Shown here one piece after another: positions 1 to 7,086 of a stretch of DNA of 39,500 nt. The translations under genes and the position numbers were made by a program. The stretch lies in the UHGV virus genome UHGV-0205585; one strand, given 5' to 3'. The notes below the pieces were generated by a model that saw nothing but the letters and a program-made list of their open reading frames with translations, ran no database searches and was not told the DNA's origin. The stretch is from a virus. How positions within the stretch are numbered: position 1 is the stretch's first letter; each line of letters opens with the position of its first letter.

Positions 1-41
1 GTGTCCGCAACATACTCTGCGTATTCTATTGGTGGTCTCAT
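1..41 (-). CDS. 5' part of a 70-aa hypothetical protein between TerL and portal; continues at 39500 if the genome is circular
   Basis: ATG at 41 overlaps the TerL stop and follows GAGGAGGG. It reads MRPPIEYAEYVAD and continues in frame into 39500..39329. Confidence 0.7.
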   Translation of the reverse strand, partial: MRPPIEYAEYVAD

Positions 42-1399
42 TTATTCTTTCCCTCCTCGAACCCAATCAGCTGCCGGTATGGAATCCAGGCGTATTGATT
101 GGCATTTATTGTATGGTCATTACGATCTTCCGGTTTGTCCTTGTCTTCGTCCCAGGAATACCGGTCTAACTCTCCTATATGCTCCACGCAGGTATCCACA
201 ACCAGATAGCACCCTTGTTGTATCCATCCAAGCTGTAAGTTAATCCTGTCTATAATCTCTACTTTCTTGTAGGATTCCACGAAGTTATACAGGCAACCGT
301 TAAGCCGCTTCCACTTCTTAAGCTCCGTTATGGTAGCCTGATCGGCGCAGTCTATAAATGTATCTTTTGCAAATCCCCATTCTTTTCTACAGCGTTCAAG
401 AAATTCTATAAATTTTACAGCCGTATCCGATGGCGCAAGCGGTATATCCAGGTCTTTGTTGCTATAAACCTTTTCTGCAAGGGTTATAAGCTTTCTATCT
501 TCTGTAATCCCCTGAAAGATCATAGAGATTGTATCTGGGCTTTTGCTGGAATACGACGTATCAAGCCCGACCGTAAATTTCTTGAACTTAATCTTTCCGG
601 CTGCTATCTGCTGTTTTAGCCATGCTGCAGTAACTACATGCTGTTTTCTATCGAAGTTAGAGAAGATTAAACCAGTTGCTTTTCCTCTAAGTCCTTGGAT
701 CTTATTCTTATACAATTTGGTCCCTGGAGGCGCAGATCGGATCTTCTTTTCTATCGCTTCCGGCGTAAGGCTTAAATTATCCCGGAACGTAAAAAACCAG
801 TACCTCCACTTCGGCACTGGATCTTCTTTTAATTCCTGCATTATTTCCTCCGGCACATCGGCAGCATATTTCTTATATGGTCTCGACCGGTTAATAAATT
901 CTTTATATACATCCAGGTTAGGATCGTCTGGATTGAGCGTTGCCATCAGGTAGTCATTCCTGGTGGAAATCTCCCTTATAAAATCTATATTTGCTGTGTT
1001 AATTTCGTCTATATAAACACATCCAAACTGAGATCCGAGTACCAGCTCCCATTTATCCCGGTTATCATACCCCAGGATATATATTACTTTTCCCTCGAAT
1101 TTAATATGTGGGAGTTTGTTATCCTTGTCCCCGTTGCCGTAGTATCTGGCTTTGGGATGTATGTCCAGGATGCCATTGTCTTGTTGGATAATATTCTTCT
1201 CTGCCGTTCCTGTTGTCTTGGAAGCGATAATATGCAGCTTCTTTCGGCTCCGACTTACCATCCGCATAAATTTAACTCCTGCGCCGACCGTGGTCTTTCC
1301 CGAAGCTGTGGTGCCCTCAAGGAAGTCAGCATCCACATTGTCTACCGTATTAATAAAGTCTTTGTACTTCTGAGATAGTGGAAAGCTGTTACTCTTCAA
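38..1399 (-). CDS. terL: Terminase large subunit
   Basis: Walker A-like EGTTASGKT, Walker B YIDE, motif III TLNP, and RNase H-like nuclease residues (GLD...DCAD...DHTINA). Likely TTG start at 1399 overlapping the TerS end (ORF track start 1411). Confidence 0.93.
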   Translation of the reverse strand: MKSNSFPLSQKYKDFINTVDNVDADFLEGTTASGKTTVGAGVKFMRMVSRSRKKLHIIASKTTGTAEKNIIQQDNGILDIHPKARYYGNGDKDNKLPHIKFEGKVIYILGYDNRDKWELVLGSQFGCVYIDEINTANIDFIREISTRNDYLMATLNPDDPNLDVYKEFINRSRPYKKYAADVPEEIMQELKEDPVPKWRYWFFTFRDNLSLTPEAIEKKIRSAPPGTKLYKNKIQGLRGKATGLIFSNFDRKQHVVTAAWLKQQIAAGKIKFKKFTVGLDTSYSSKSPDTISMIFQGITEDRKLITLAEKVYSNKDLDIPLAPSDTAVKFIEFLERCRKEWGFAKDTFIDCADQATITELKKWKRLNGCLYNFVESYKKVEIIDRINLQLGWIQQGCYLVVDTCVEHIGELDRYSWDEDKDKPEDRNDHTINANQYAWIPYRQLIGFEEGKNK

Positions 1400-1904
1400 G
1401 CCCCACACCACCCATCTGTGATAGGATATCGTCCAGTTTATCTGATGTTTGTACCTCGAGATTAACCTTGTCTGTAAACATTCCTAAATGCTTGCCAAGT
1501 AATTCTAAGGCCTTGATTTTATCTGCCATCTTAATCTCTCTTTCCACTCCCTCTCCATCTTTAGTGGGAATGCTCTTAACCTTTACGGATTGTATGGCGG
1601 CGGTATCCTCCGGCAATGCTCCGTCTTTCAGCGTGGCATCTTCTGTATTTATTACGTCCACTGCATTAATAAAAGCCATCTTTGCCAGTTCCTGTATAAC
1701 TCGGTCTGCGTTAACCCCTGTGCGCTTTGATCGTTCAGCCATAGCCTTGTCTATATGCGCGCGTATGTACGGGTTATTCATATTGTCACAACCGCTTTGC
1801 CTTGCACTGTCCGGGCTATATCCTGCTCTAATGGCAGCCTGAGTAGCGTTTAAGTCTATTAGGTATTCATCTATAAATGTTTTTTGCTTCTTAGTAAGTG
1901 CCAT
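1389..1904 (-). CDS. terS: Terminase small subunit (Terminase_2 type)
   Basis: LTKKQKTFIDEYLIDLNATQAAIRAGYS and KIKALELLGKHLGMF signatures; lies upstream of terL. Confidence 0.95.
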   Translation of the reverse strand: MALTKKQKTFIDEYLIDLNATQAAIRAGYSPDSARQSGCDNMNNPYIRAHIDKAMAERSKRTGVNADRVIQELAKMAFINAVDVINTEDATLKDGALPEDTAAIQSVKVKSIPTKDGEGVEREIKMADKIKALELLGKHLGMFTDKVNLEVQTSDKLDDILSQMGGVGLEE

Positions 1905-2190
1905 TCAGACTCACCTTCTTTCTTAGGAGGACCGGCCGCCCTGTATTTCATGCAGCCGGTTTTATATGTTAGTAAGCTATAATTAATGTCTTTACGCGAA
2001 GAAGCACCCACCCGGCAATCGCCTAAGTAGATGCTTCTCTATGTGTTTTCCCCGGTTCTTTCTGGCTGCCGGCTTCCTATTGTTCCGTGCTCGGAACCTA
2101 CGGTTTAAAGTATATGCGCCGTAAACTTTACTATGTCTGGAGAACTTTTTCGTAACAACAGATGAGCTATATCTAATTGTCTACATTACC

Positions 2191-2199
2191 ATAATATCA
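2191..2199 (-). promoter_or_regulatory. Probable late promoter (extended -10, TG-A-TATTAT)
   Basis: Directly downstream of the ArpU/RinA-like activator gene and upstream of terS; no consensus -35. Confidence 0.5.
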
Positions 2200-2236
2200 C
2201 GGAAGTACCCCCTCGTAGTTATCCACTTTTTATAAA

Positions 2237-2635
2237 TTATCTTTTTTGAGCCAATAAGTAGAAAAAATATCGTCTTGATTCATAAAATTGCTTTCTGGCT
2301 TTTGGTACTCTTCCCATATATTCATACGAGATTCCGTCTGTCACATTTTCAATCAAGTATGGGTATATATCTGGGTCCGCTTCCATTGCTGTTTGCTCTA
2401 TCAATTCAATATCATTTTCAAGCATAACATTCCGTATAGCTTTTCTTTCAACTGGGTTTCCTACCGTGTTGCCATGCGGCATCCCGTCGCCAACTATAGC
2501 GCCAAGTCCATAGCTTTCCCTGAGTTGCTTTTTCTTCTCGTTGTATTGCATACAAAAGTACTTAAGTTCATTATATTTTTCCCTGGATATATTGTAGTCG
2601 CTAAGCTTCATGTCTCGTTTTCTTACCCTATCCAC
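2237..2635 (-). CDS. ArpU/RinA-like late transcriptional activator
   Basis: YNELKYFCMQY...NPVERKAI...FYESRRYFFYLL pattern; last early gene before terS. Confidence 0.7.
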   Translation of the reverse strand: MDRVRKRDMKLSDYNISREKYNELKYFCMQYNEKKKQLRESYGLGAIVGDGMPHGNTVGNPVERKAIRNVMLENDIELIEQTAMEADPDIYPYLIENVTDGISYEYMGRVPKARKQFYESRRYFFYLLAQKR

Positions 2636-2646
2636 TTATTCCCCTC

Positions 2647-2835
2647 CTATCTAAATTCTTTCCCTGTAGTCTTATCCTTAAGCCAGATCCTCCCCTGTAT
2701 ATCGAATCCTGCTAAGCTCGCCACCTGTCTAAGCGCTTCTATTACCGCAAGCACATGCTTTGGTGTCTTACTGGCGTTATGTATTGCCCTGCCGGCTGTG
2801 CTGTCTGCGTAGCCTTCTTTATTTTTGTAGCCCAA
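2647..2835 (-). CDS. Conserved small phage protein
   Basis: AGGAGG RBS, TTG start; KNKEGYADSTAGRA...LKDKTTGKEFR pattern typical of Firmicute phages. Confidence 0.7.
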   Translation of the reverse strand: MGYKNKEGYADSTAGRAIHNASKTPKHVLAVIEALRQVASLAGFDIQGRIWLKDKTTGKEFR

Positions 2836-2850
2836 TGCTATCCTCCTTGT

Positions 2851-3138
2851 TTATAAAGATATATGTCTGCATTCCTCCGCTGGCTTTTCCATGTCCTTAA
2901 GAATTTTGTTAAATTCCTTTTTAGACATATTGCCTGGAACAAAATTCCTCTTTACATCTTCTATATCTTTTAAATACTTTTCTAAGATCATCCTCGTATC
3001 GTGCTCTGCTTGCTTCTTTGCTCTCTGCACCTGCAAATCAATGCATTCCTCATCCGTCATGTTGTAATTTGTAACGCATTCCACTATAGAAGAGTGTCTG
3101 CATAATAATCCATTTGGCTGCCTTGCTATAAAACTCAT
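2851..3138 (-). CDS. Hypothetical protein (last cassette of the array)
   Basis: 95-aa ORF with AAGGAG RBS, downstream of the motif copy at 3161-3173. Confidence 0.75.
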   Translation of the reverse strand: MSFIARQPNGLLCRHSSIVECVTNYNMTDEECIDLQVQRAKKQAEHDTRMILEKYLKDIEDVKRNFVPGNMSKKEFNKILKDMEKPAEECRHISL

Positions 3139-3172
3139 TTGGTTTTCTCCTTGTTCTCTGTTATATTTCAGT

Positions 3173-3397
3173 TTATTGACTTAACGCGTGTGCCTTTTTA
3201 TATAAGTCTTCTCTTATTGAGGACTCAAAAAACATACACGATAAATTATTTTCTGCAATCTTTTCAACTATTTCTTCCCTCGTAAGATCTCCATATGCAA
3301 ATACTGCAATAAAATCTCCGTATTCCGGTGCGCTATCTCTAATAATTTTGCATCTTACATTTTTACTTTTAAAATACTCAAAGGTTTTTTCAATCAT
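3173..3397 (-). CDS. Hypothetical protein (cassette)
   Basis: 74-aa ORF; AGGAG RBS fused to the motif. Confidence 0.75.
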   Translation of the reverse strand: MIEKTFEYFKSKNVRCKIIRDSAPEYGDFIAVFAYGDLTREEIVEKIAENNLSCMFFESSIREDLYKKAHALSQ

Positions 3398-3412
3398 ATT
3401 AGCTCCTAAATT

Positions 3413-3589
3413 TTAATTATTATACTGAATGCATAATCGCCTATACTGGCTTAACGTAACTTCTCTTATATCTTCACAATTATAATTTTTTTTAAGTTTC
3501 TCTGATGGCGCCGTTGCTGCTTCTGATCTTTCCTCTATTTCCAATTTAGCTGCAACTCTTTTGTCGTGCAGATCGTAATATCTTTTCAT
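3413..3589 (-). CDS. Hypothetical 58-aa protein (cassette; not in ORF track)
   Basis: MKRYYDLHDKRVAAK...RRLCIQYNN*; AGGAG RBS; stop codon lies inside the motif. Confidence 0.7.
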   Translation of the reverse strand: MKRYYDLHDKRVAAKLEIEERSEAATAPSEKLKKNYNCEDIREVTLSQYRRLCIQYNN

Positions 3590-3613
3590 TGTTTTTTCTC
3601 CTAAATTTTAATT

Positions 3614-3922
3614 TTAGCGAAATATCCGTGATACAGCTTCCCTGCCAGACATCCTCTCGATTACTTCCATTTTCTCAACATCAGACACACCGTTTTCATC
3701 TATGCATGGAAGCAGTTCGTTGCCCTCCCAGCAGAAGAATATTCCTGTAATAGATACTTCCGCTGTCTCTGGCTCAAATCCTGGAAGTGTCTTAACTGTG
3801 GTTCTTTTCACAGTTTTAAAACACACTTCAAATTCCCTAACTTCGCCGTCTTCTAAAACTAATCTGGTTCTATCTCCGATATTGATATGTGTTCCATTTT
3901 TATCAAATAATCCTGTATTCAT
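3614..3922 (-). CDS. YopX-like domain protein (cassette)
   Basis: TGLFDKNGTHINIGD resembles the YopX TGLKDKNGKEIYEGD motif; ends ..MEVI. Confidence 0.55.
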   Translation of the reverse strand: MNTGLFDKNGTHINIGDRTRLVLEDGEVREFEVCFKTVKRTTVKTLPGFEPETAEVSITGIFFCWEGNELLPCIDENGVSDVEKMEVIERMSGREAVSRIFR

Positions 3923-3953
3923 TCTTTACCCTTTCCGGCTTTTCGCCTAAATG

Positions 3954-4214
3954 TTAATTATCATCTTCACTTATTTCACCATCATACACATTCGGCATGT
4001 GTATCCAGGCTATAACCTCGCTGACCTCTGGAAGTAGTACATACTCATCAGCTCCATACATATAAAATCCATATCCTCCAGAATACGTATTTTGCCTGTA
4101 GAATACTGGTTATCTTAGTTCTCTACGGTTTCTTATATGGTCATAAACCGTTACTATCAGGCATTGCCCTATTGCTGGTAAGCATTTTTTTATTGATATC
4201 CAATCTGCGTTCAT
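3954..4214 (-). pseudogene. DUF551-like gene with one in-frame TAA (4110-4112)
   Basis: MNADWISIKKCLP...RELR*PVFY...VIAWIHMPNVY; AGGAGG RBS; frame stays open after the stop to 3954. Confidence 0.7.
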
Positions 4215-4238
4215 CTCTTTTCCTCCTAAATTTTAATC

Positions 4239-4395
4239 AATAGTGGCTTTGTGGACATTTCAGCTACCCACTTATGCACCGTTTCCGGCTAGGATCGTGA
4301 GGAATTGATTTCCCATTAAGCACCTCTACATGTCCGCCCTTTATTACTGCCCTTGCACAGTCCACCACCATAACATGCACACCCAATTTTATTGA
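4239..4395 (-). ncRNA. Putative structured non-coding cassette
   Basis: Lies between two motif copies with no RBS-led ORF. Ends pair (TCAATA/TATTGA); GGACAT/ATGTCC stem; CCG-GAAA-CGG hairpin. Confidence 0.4.
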
Positions 4396-4410
4396 CTAAA
4401 TTTTAATTTT

Positions 4411-5343
4411 CTATGCTACATAATCTTCAAACCGACTGCATGATCTCCATATAATCCGGTTGTTTACCCACCGGGCAAGTGCTTTATGAGTCTGATCAGC
4501 ATGTGCCTTATCATAGATCATTATATAAGGATCATATTTTAGATCTCTTAAAGTGTATATTCTATACAAATCCTGCTCAATTGTACTGTTAAAGTTCGTA
4601 AGTACATAGACAACTTTTCCACTCGCTGATTTACGTTTATAACACTCGCTGAATCTCCTGAAATCCTCAGTTAAATCCTGTTTTGGATGATCCCAGGCTA
4701 AATGTACACGCTTAATGCGCATCTGATTTAGCATTTCTATCTTTTCCGCTGTTGCTATCCTGACATCTATCCCCTGGGTAAAATCAATTATTGCTTTAGA
4801 TTCTATTAGCTGGCCGAGTAAATCCACACTTTCCTTGCAAGCAAATGTATTTGGATCACATAGGCGTATATTTGTCTGCCCATTCCAAAACGTTCTCAAG
4901 TCTGCAACCTTTATGCTACACCGTCCTTCTTTGTCTACTACATGGCAAAAATCACAACCGCGCGGACAACCACGTGTCATAAATCCAAAAGCTGTATCTT
5001 TTGTAAGTTGTCCGTATAGCTCATAATCTGGATATATTTGTTCAACCTCTTCCTGCAGATTTATATTTTTACTTTTATCAAATATTTCCTTCCCGTTTTT
5101 CAGCGATATGCAGTAACCAGTTCCTCCCCTTATGACTTCATCCGCATTAATGATATCTGCGTAATCATCAGTAAAAGAAAATACCTTACTCATGTAAACC
5201 CTGTCACAATGTCCGCTGAACATCGGATGATACCAATCCACCATATCCCCTTGCTTTTTATGCCATGCAGATAATTTCATCAAAGGTATATTTGGGAAGT
5301 TGTGTCCGTCAACGTCTATAAGTCCAATTTTTATGCTGTCCAC
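4411..5343 (-). CDS. Radical SAM protein (cassette)
   Basis: CxxxCxxC motif in RGCPRGCDFCHV; N-terminal IGLIDVDGHNFPNIPLMKLS; AGGAG RBS; GTG start. Confidence 0.85.
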   Translation of the reverse strand: MDSIKIGLIDVDGHNFPNIPLMKLSAWHKKQGDMVDWYHPMFSGHCDRVYMSKVFSFTDDYADIINADEVIRGGTGYCISLKNGKEIFDKSKNINLQEEVEQIYPDYELYGQLTKDTAFGFMTRGCPRGCDFCHVVDKEGRCSIKVADLRTFWNGQTNIRLCDPNTFACKESVDLLGQLIESKAIIDFTQGIDVRIATAEKIEMLNQMRIKRVHLAWDHPKQDLTEDFRRFSECYKRKSASGKVVYVLTNFNSTIEQDLYRIYTLRDLKYDPYIMIYDKAHADQTHKALARWVNNRIIWRSCSRFEDYVA

Positions 5344-5381
5344 CTCCTGATCAGTTAAATTTTAATATTTCAGTTTGTGAA

Positions 5382-5534
5382 CTAATCTCTACTAAACATA
5401 ATCACTTCATCAGCGTCATAACCCGCTGAATCATCGTAGTGACAAGATGTTGTTTCCAATGGTTTATTTGTTAATGTGCAATAACTTCCTAATGGTGTAT
5501 CGCATACATATTCGCATTTTTCGCATTCCCTCAT
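5382..5534 (-). CDS. Small Cys-rich 50-aa protein (cassette; not in ORF track)
   Basis: MRECEKCEYVCDTPLGSYCTLTNKPLETTSCHY...; AGGAGG RBS. Confidence 0.7.
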   Translation of the reverse strand: MRECEKCEYVCDTPLGSYCTLTNKPLETTSCHYDDSAGYDADEVIMFSRD

Positions 5535-5563
5535 AACTTCCTCCTGGCTTAAATTTTAATTTT

Positions 5564-5701
5564 AACTATGCGGACAAGGAATCGAACCTTATAGTATTGC
5601 CATGCCTTTCCCAATACAGAAATTACAAGCCGGACTTGAACCGGAATGCTTAGCCACTATCTGTTTTCGTGTGTGTCTACCCTTTCCACCACCGCATAGT
5701 T
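5564..5701 (-). ncRNA. tRNA-like RNA with no recognisable anticodon arm and two T-arm-like hairpins
   Basis: 10-bp terminal stem AACTATGCGG/CCGCATAGTT; D-arm GTGGAAAGGGTAGACAC; T-arm AAGG-TTCGATT-CCTT; internal CCGG-TTCAAGT-CCGG. Confidence 0.65.
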
Positions 5702-5757
5702 GTTTAAATTTCAATTATTGAGATACAGCTAACACGTACTTTACCATTGCGACCTCC

Positions 5758-6321
5758 TTAATTGTTTACATTAACTGGTAATACCAACTTTACGTTCTTT
5801 TTTCCGTGCCTGATAATAATTGGATCTTGTGGTCCTGCTACATCCAGCCTTATTACAGGCTTTTGAACTCGTTCGTGTGCAGGGATCTGTTGTATTGCAT
5901 CCAGTAAATATTTGGCATTTACATACACGTTCGCTATTGAGTTCCTTTCTAATTCCTTTTTAAGAAAAGCATCTACATCTGGAAATTCTTTCGCTGGTTG
6001 CAAATACCCAGTAATACTATCGCCTGCAACTATATATGCCCTGTCACCGCTTAACTCAATTTCTACTTTATCAATTCCTGTAAGCTTAGGAATATTTGGT
6101 TTTATATAGCAGGTAAAAGAACCATCCGCCTGTACAAGCTCTGCGTATTCATCCGCGATTCTATAGTTATCTAATGCAGTGGCTTCTATTTCTCTCGCCT
6201 CAATATCAATCTTTAATCGTATATACTCCATCATTATGTTGGTGTGTATACTGGGGCGAATAAACCGCTTTGTATTATCAATTATTCGTTTAAATTCCCT
6301 TGCATTTATAATGGCTTTCAT
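5758..6321 (-). CDS. DNA polymerase III beta-clamp-like protein (about two domains)
   Basis: ATALDNYRIA, EFPDVDAFL, VNAKYLLDAI and KLVLPV resemble the DnaN motifs ATDGHRLA, FPDY, FNxxYLLDAL and VMPM. ATGA overlap gives a start at 6321. Confidence 0.65.
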   Translation of the reverse strand: MKAIINAREFKRIIDNTKRFIRPSIHTNIMMEYIRLKIDIEAREIEATALDNYRIADEYAELVQADGSFTCYIKPNIPKLTGIDKVEIELSGDRAYIVAGDSITGYLQPAKEFPDVDAFLKKELERNSIANVYVNAKYLLDAIQQIPAHERVQKPVIRLDVAGPQDPIIIRHGKKNVKLVLPVNVNN

Positions 6322-6635
6322 TCTTCTTCCTCCCATGCTCTTGTCTCATAATGATTGCAACTATCATATCCTTTTGATATATATCCCTCATATTCACCGC
6401 AGAATACGCCATCTGAATGATAGCAATTACGGCAGCAATCTTCTTTGCAGTGCTCCGGTTCACAGTTTTCGCAATCCGCTTTCGACTCATCATTTACGTC
6501 CTTAATTTCTGATACGTTTTCGCCTGTATCCTCCAGATCTATGTTTATATTGCTGTTCTTACTGGTAGCGCATAGTGCCATAACCAGCGCCCCGGCAAAT
6601 CCCCCTGCTATAAAGCTTATAATGCATCCGATCAT
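6318..6635 (-). CDS. DUF3789-like membrane-anchored protein with Cys-rich C-terminus
   Basis: MIGCIISFIAGGFAGALVMALC hydrophobic N-terminus; AGGAGG RBS; start at 6635. Confidence 0.6.
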   Translation of the reverse strand: MIGCIISFIAGGFAGALVMALCATSKNSNINIDLEDTGENVSEIKDVNDESKADCENCEPEHCKEDCCRNCYHSDGVFCGEYEGYISKGYDSCNHYETRAWEEEE

Positions 6636-6883
6636 ATGTTTTGCCTCCTTAATCTTGCACCTGTGTATGCCTTTTTCCGTATCCCGCGTGTAACACGGTC
6701 CCATTCATCCCACAAACTCTGCGGTATATTGCATGTCTTGTTCTGCTCTGGTGATCTCGGTTTGAGTATATAACTTACGCCCCCGTAAGACATCCCTACT
6801 ATTGCCGCTATCTGCCTTTGGGTCATGCCCTGTTTTCGCAGTCTTTTTACTTCTGCTTTCTTTTCTTCGCTTAATGCTTTCAT
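6632..6883 (-). CDS. HTH DNA-binding protein
   Basis: GMTQRQIAAIVGMSYGGVSYIL helix-turn-helix. Confidence 0.75.
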   Translation of the reverse strand: MKALSEEKKAEVKRLRKQGMTQRQIAAIVGMSYGGVSYILKPRSPEQNKTCNIPQSLWDEWDRVTRGIRKKAYTGARLRRQNI

Positions 6884-7086
6884 GCCATTTTCCCCCTTTT
6901 TTTACTTACTTTTACGTTTTCGGTAATAATCACGTTTGTATTTATTCCCTGTAACGCATTTAACGCCTGATTCACAGCATTTTATGTGTCCATTCCAGTA
7001 TTTCTATCCTGAGTTTTTATATTTCCTTAAAACGCCATTTAAACGTTAAATACAGCATATGCGTTTTTTCAATCATTTTCCCTTGA

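Larger units (their letters stand above)
3161..5716 (-). repeat. About 10 copies of a 13-bp motif (plus strand YTAAATTTYAATT; minus strand AATTRAAATTTAR) at cassette boundaries
   Basis: Copies start at 3161, 3406, 3601, 3947, 4226, 4396, 5355, 5363, 5549 and 5704. All are in the same orientation and lie between units. Confidence 0.85.

Noticed and set aside
3406..3418. Boundary motif as an XerCD dif site or CRISPR repeat
   Set aside because: Only 13 bp, no two-arm dif structure, and spacing follows gene length rather than a constant spacer.
4110..4112. Stop-codon reassignment in this phage
   Set aside because: Core genes are intact under the standard code and TAA is used as a normal stop; this is an isolated lesion.
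4239..4395. HDV-like/theta, hammerhead or twister ribozyme
   Set aside because: TCCTCAC and a GAAA hairpin are suggestive, but I could not build the required pseudoknot or catalytic cores.
5564..5701. Canonical decoding tRNA
   Set aside because: No 5-bp stem/7-nt anticodon loop can be assigned, so it is reported as tRNA-like instead.
6884..7076. Gene between the loader and the HTH gene
   Set aside because: An RBS and ATG at 7076 give only 19 codons and all frames contain stops; at most a decayed remnant.
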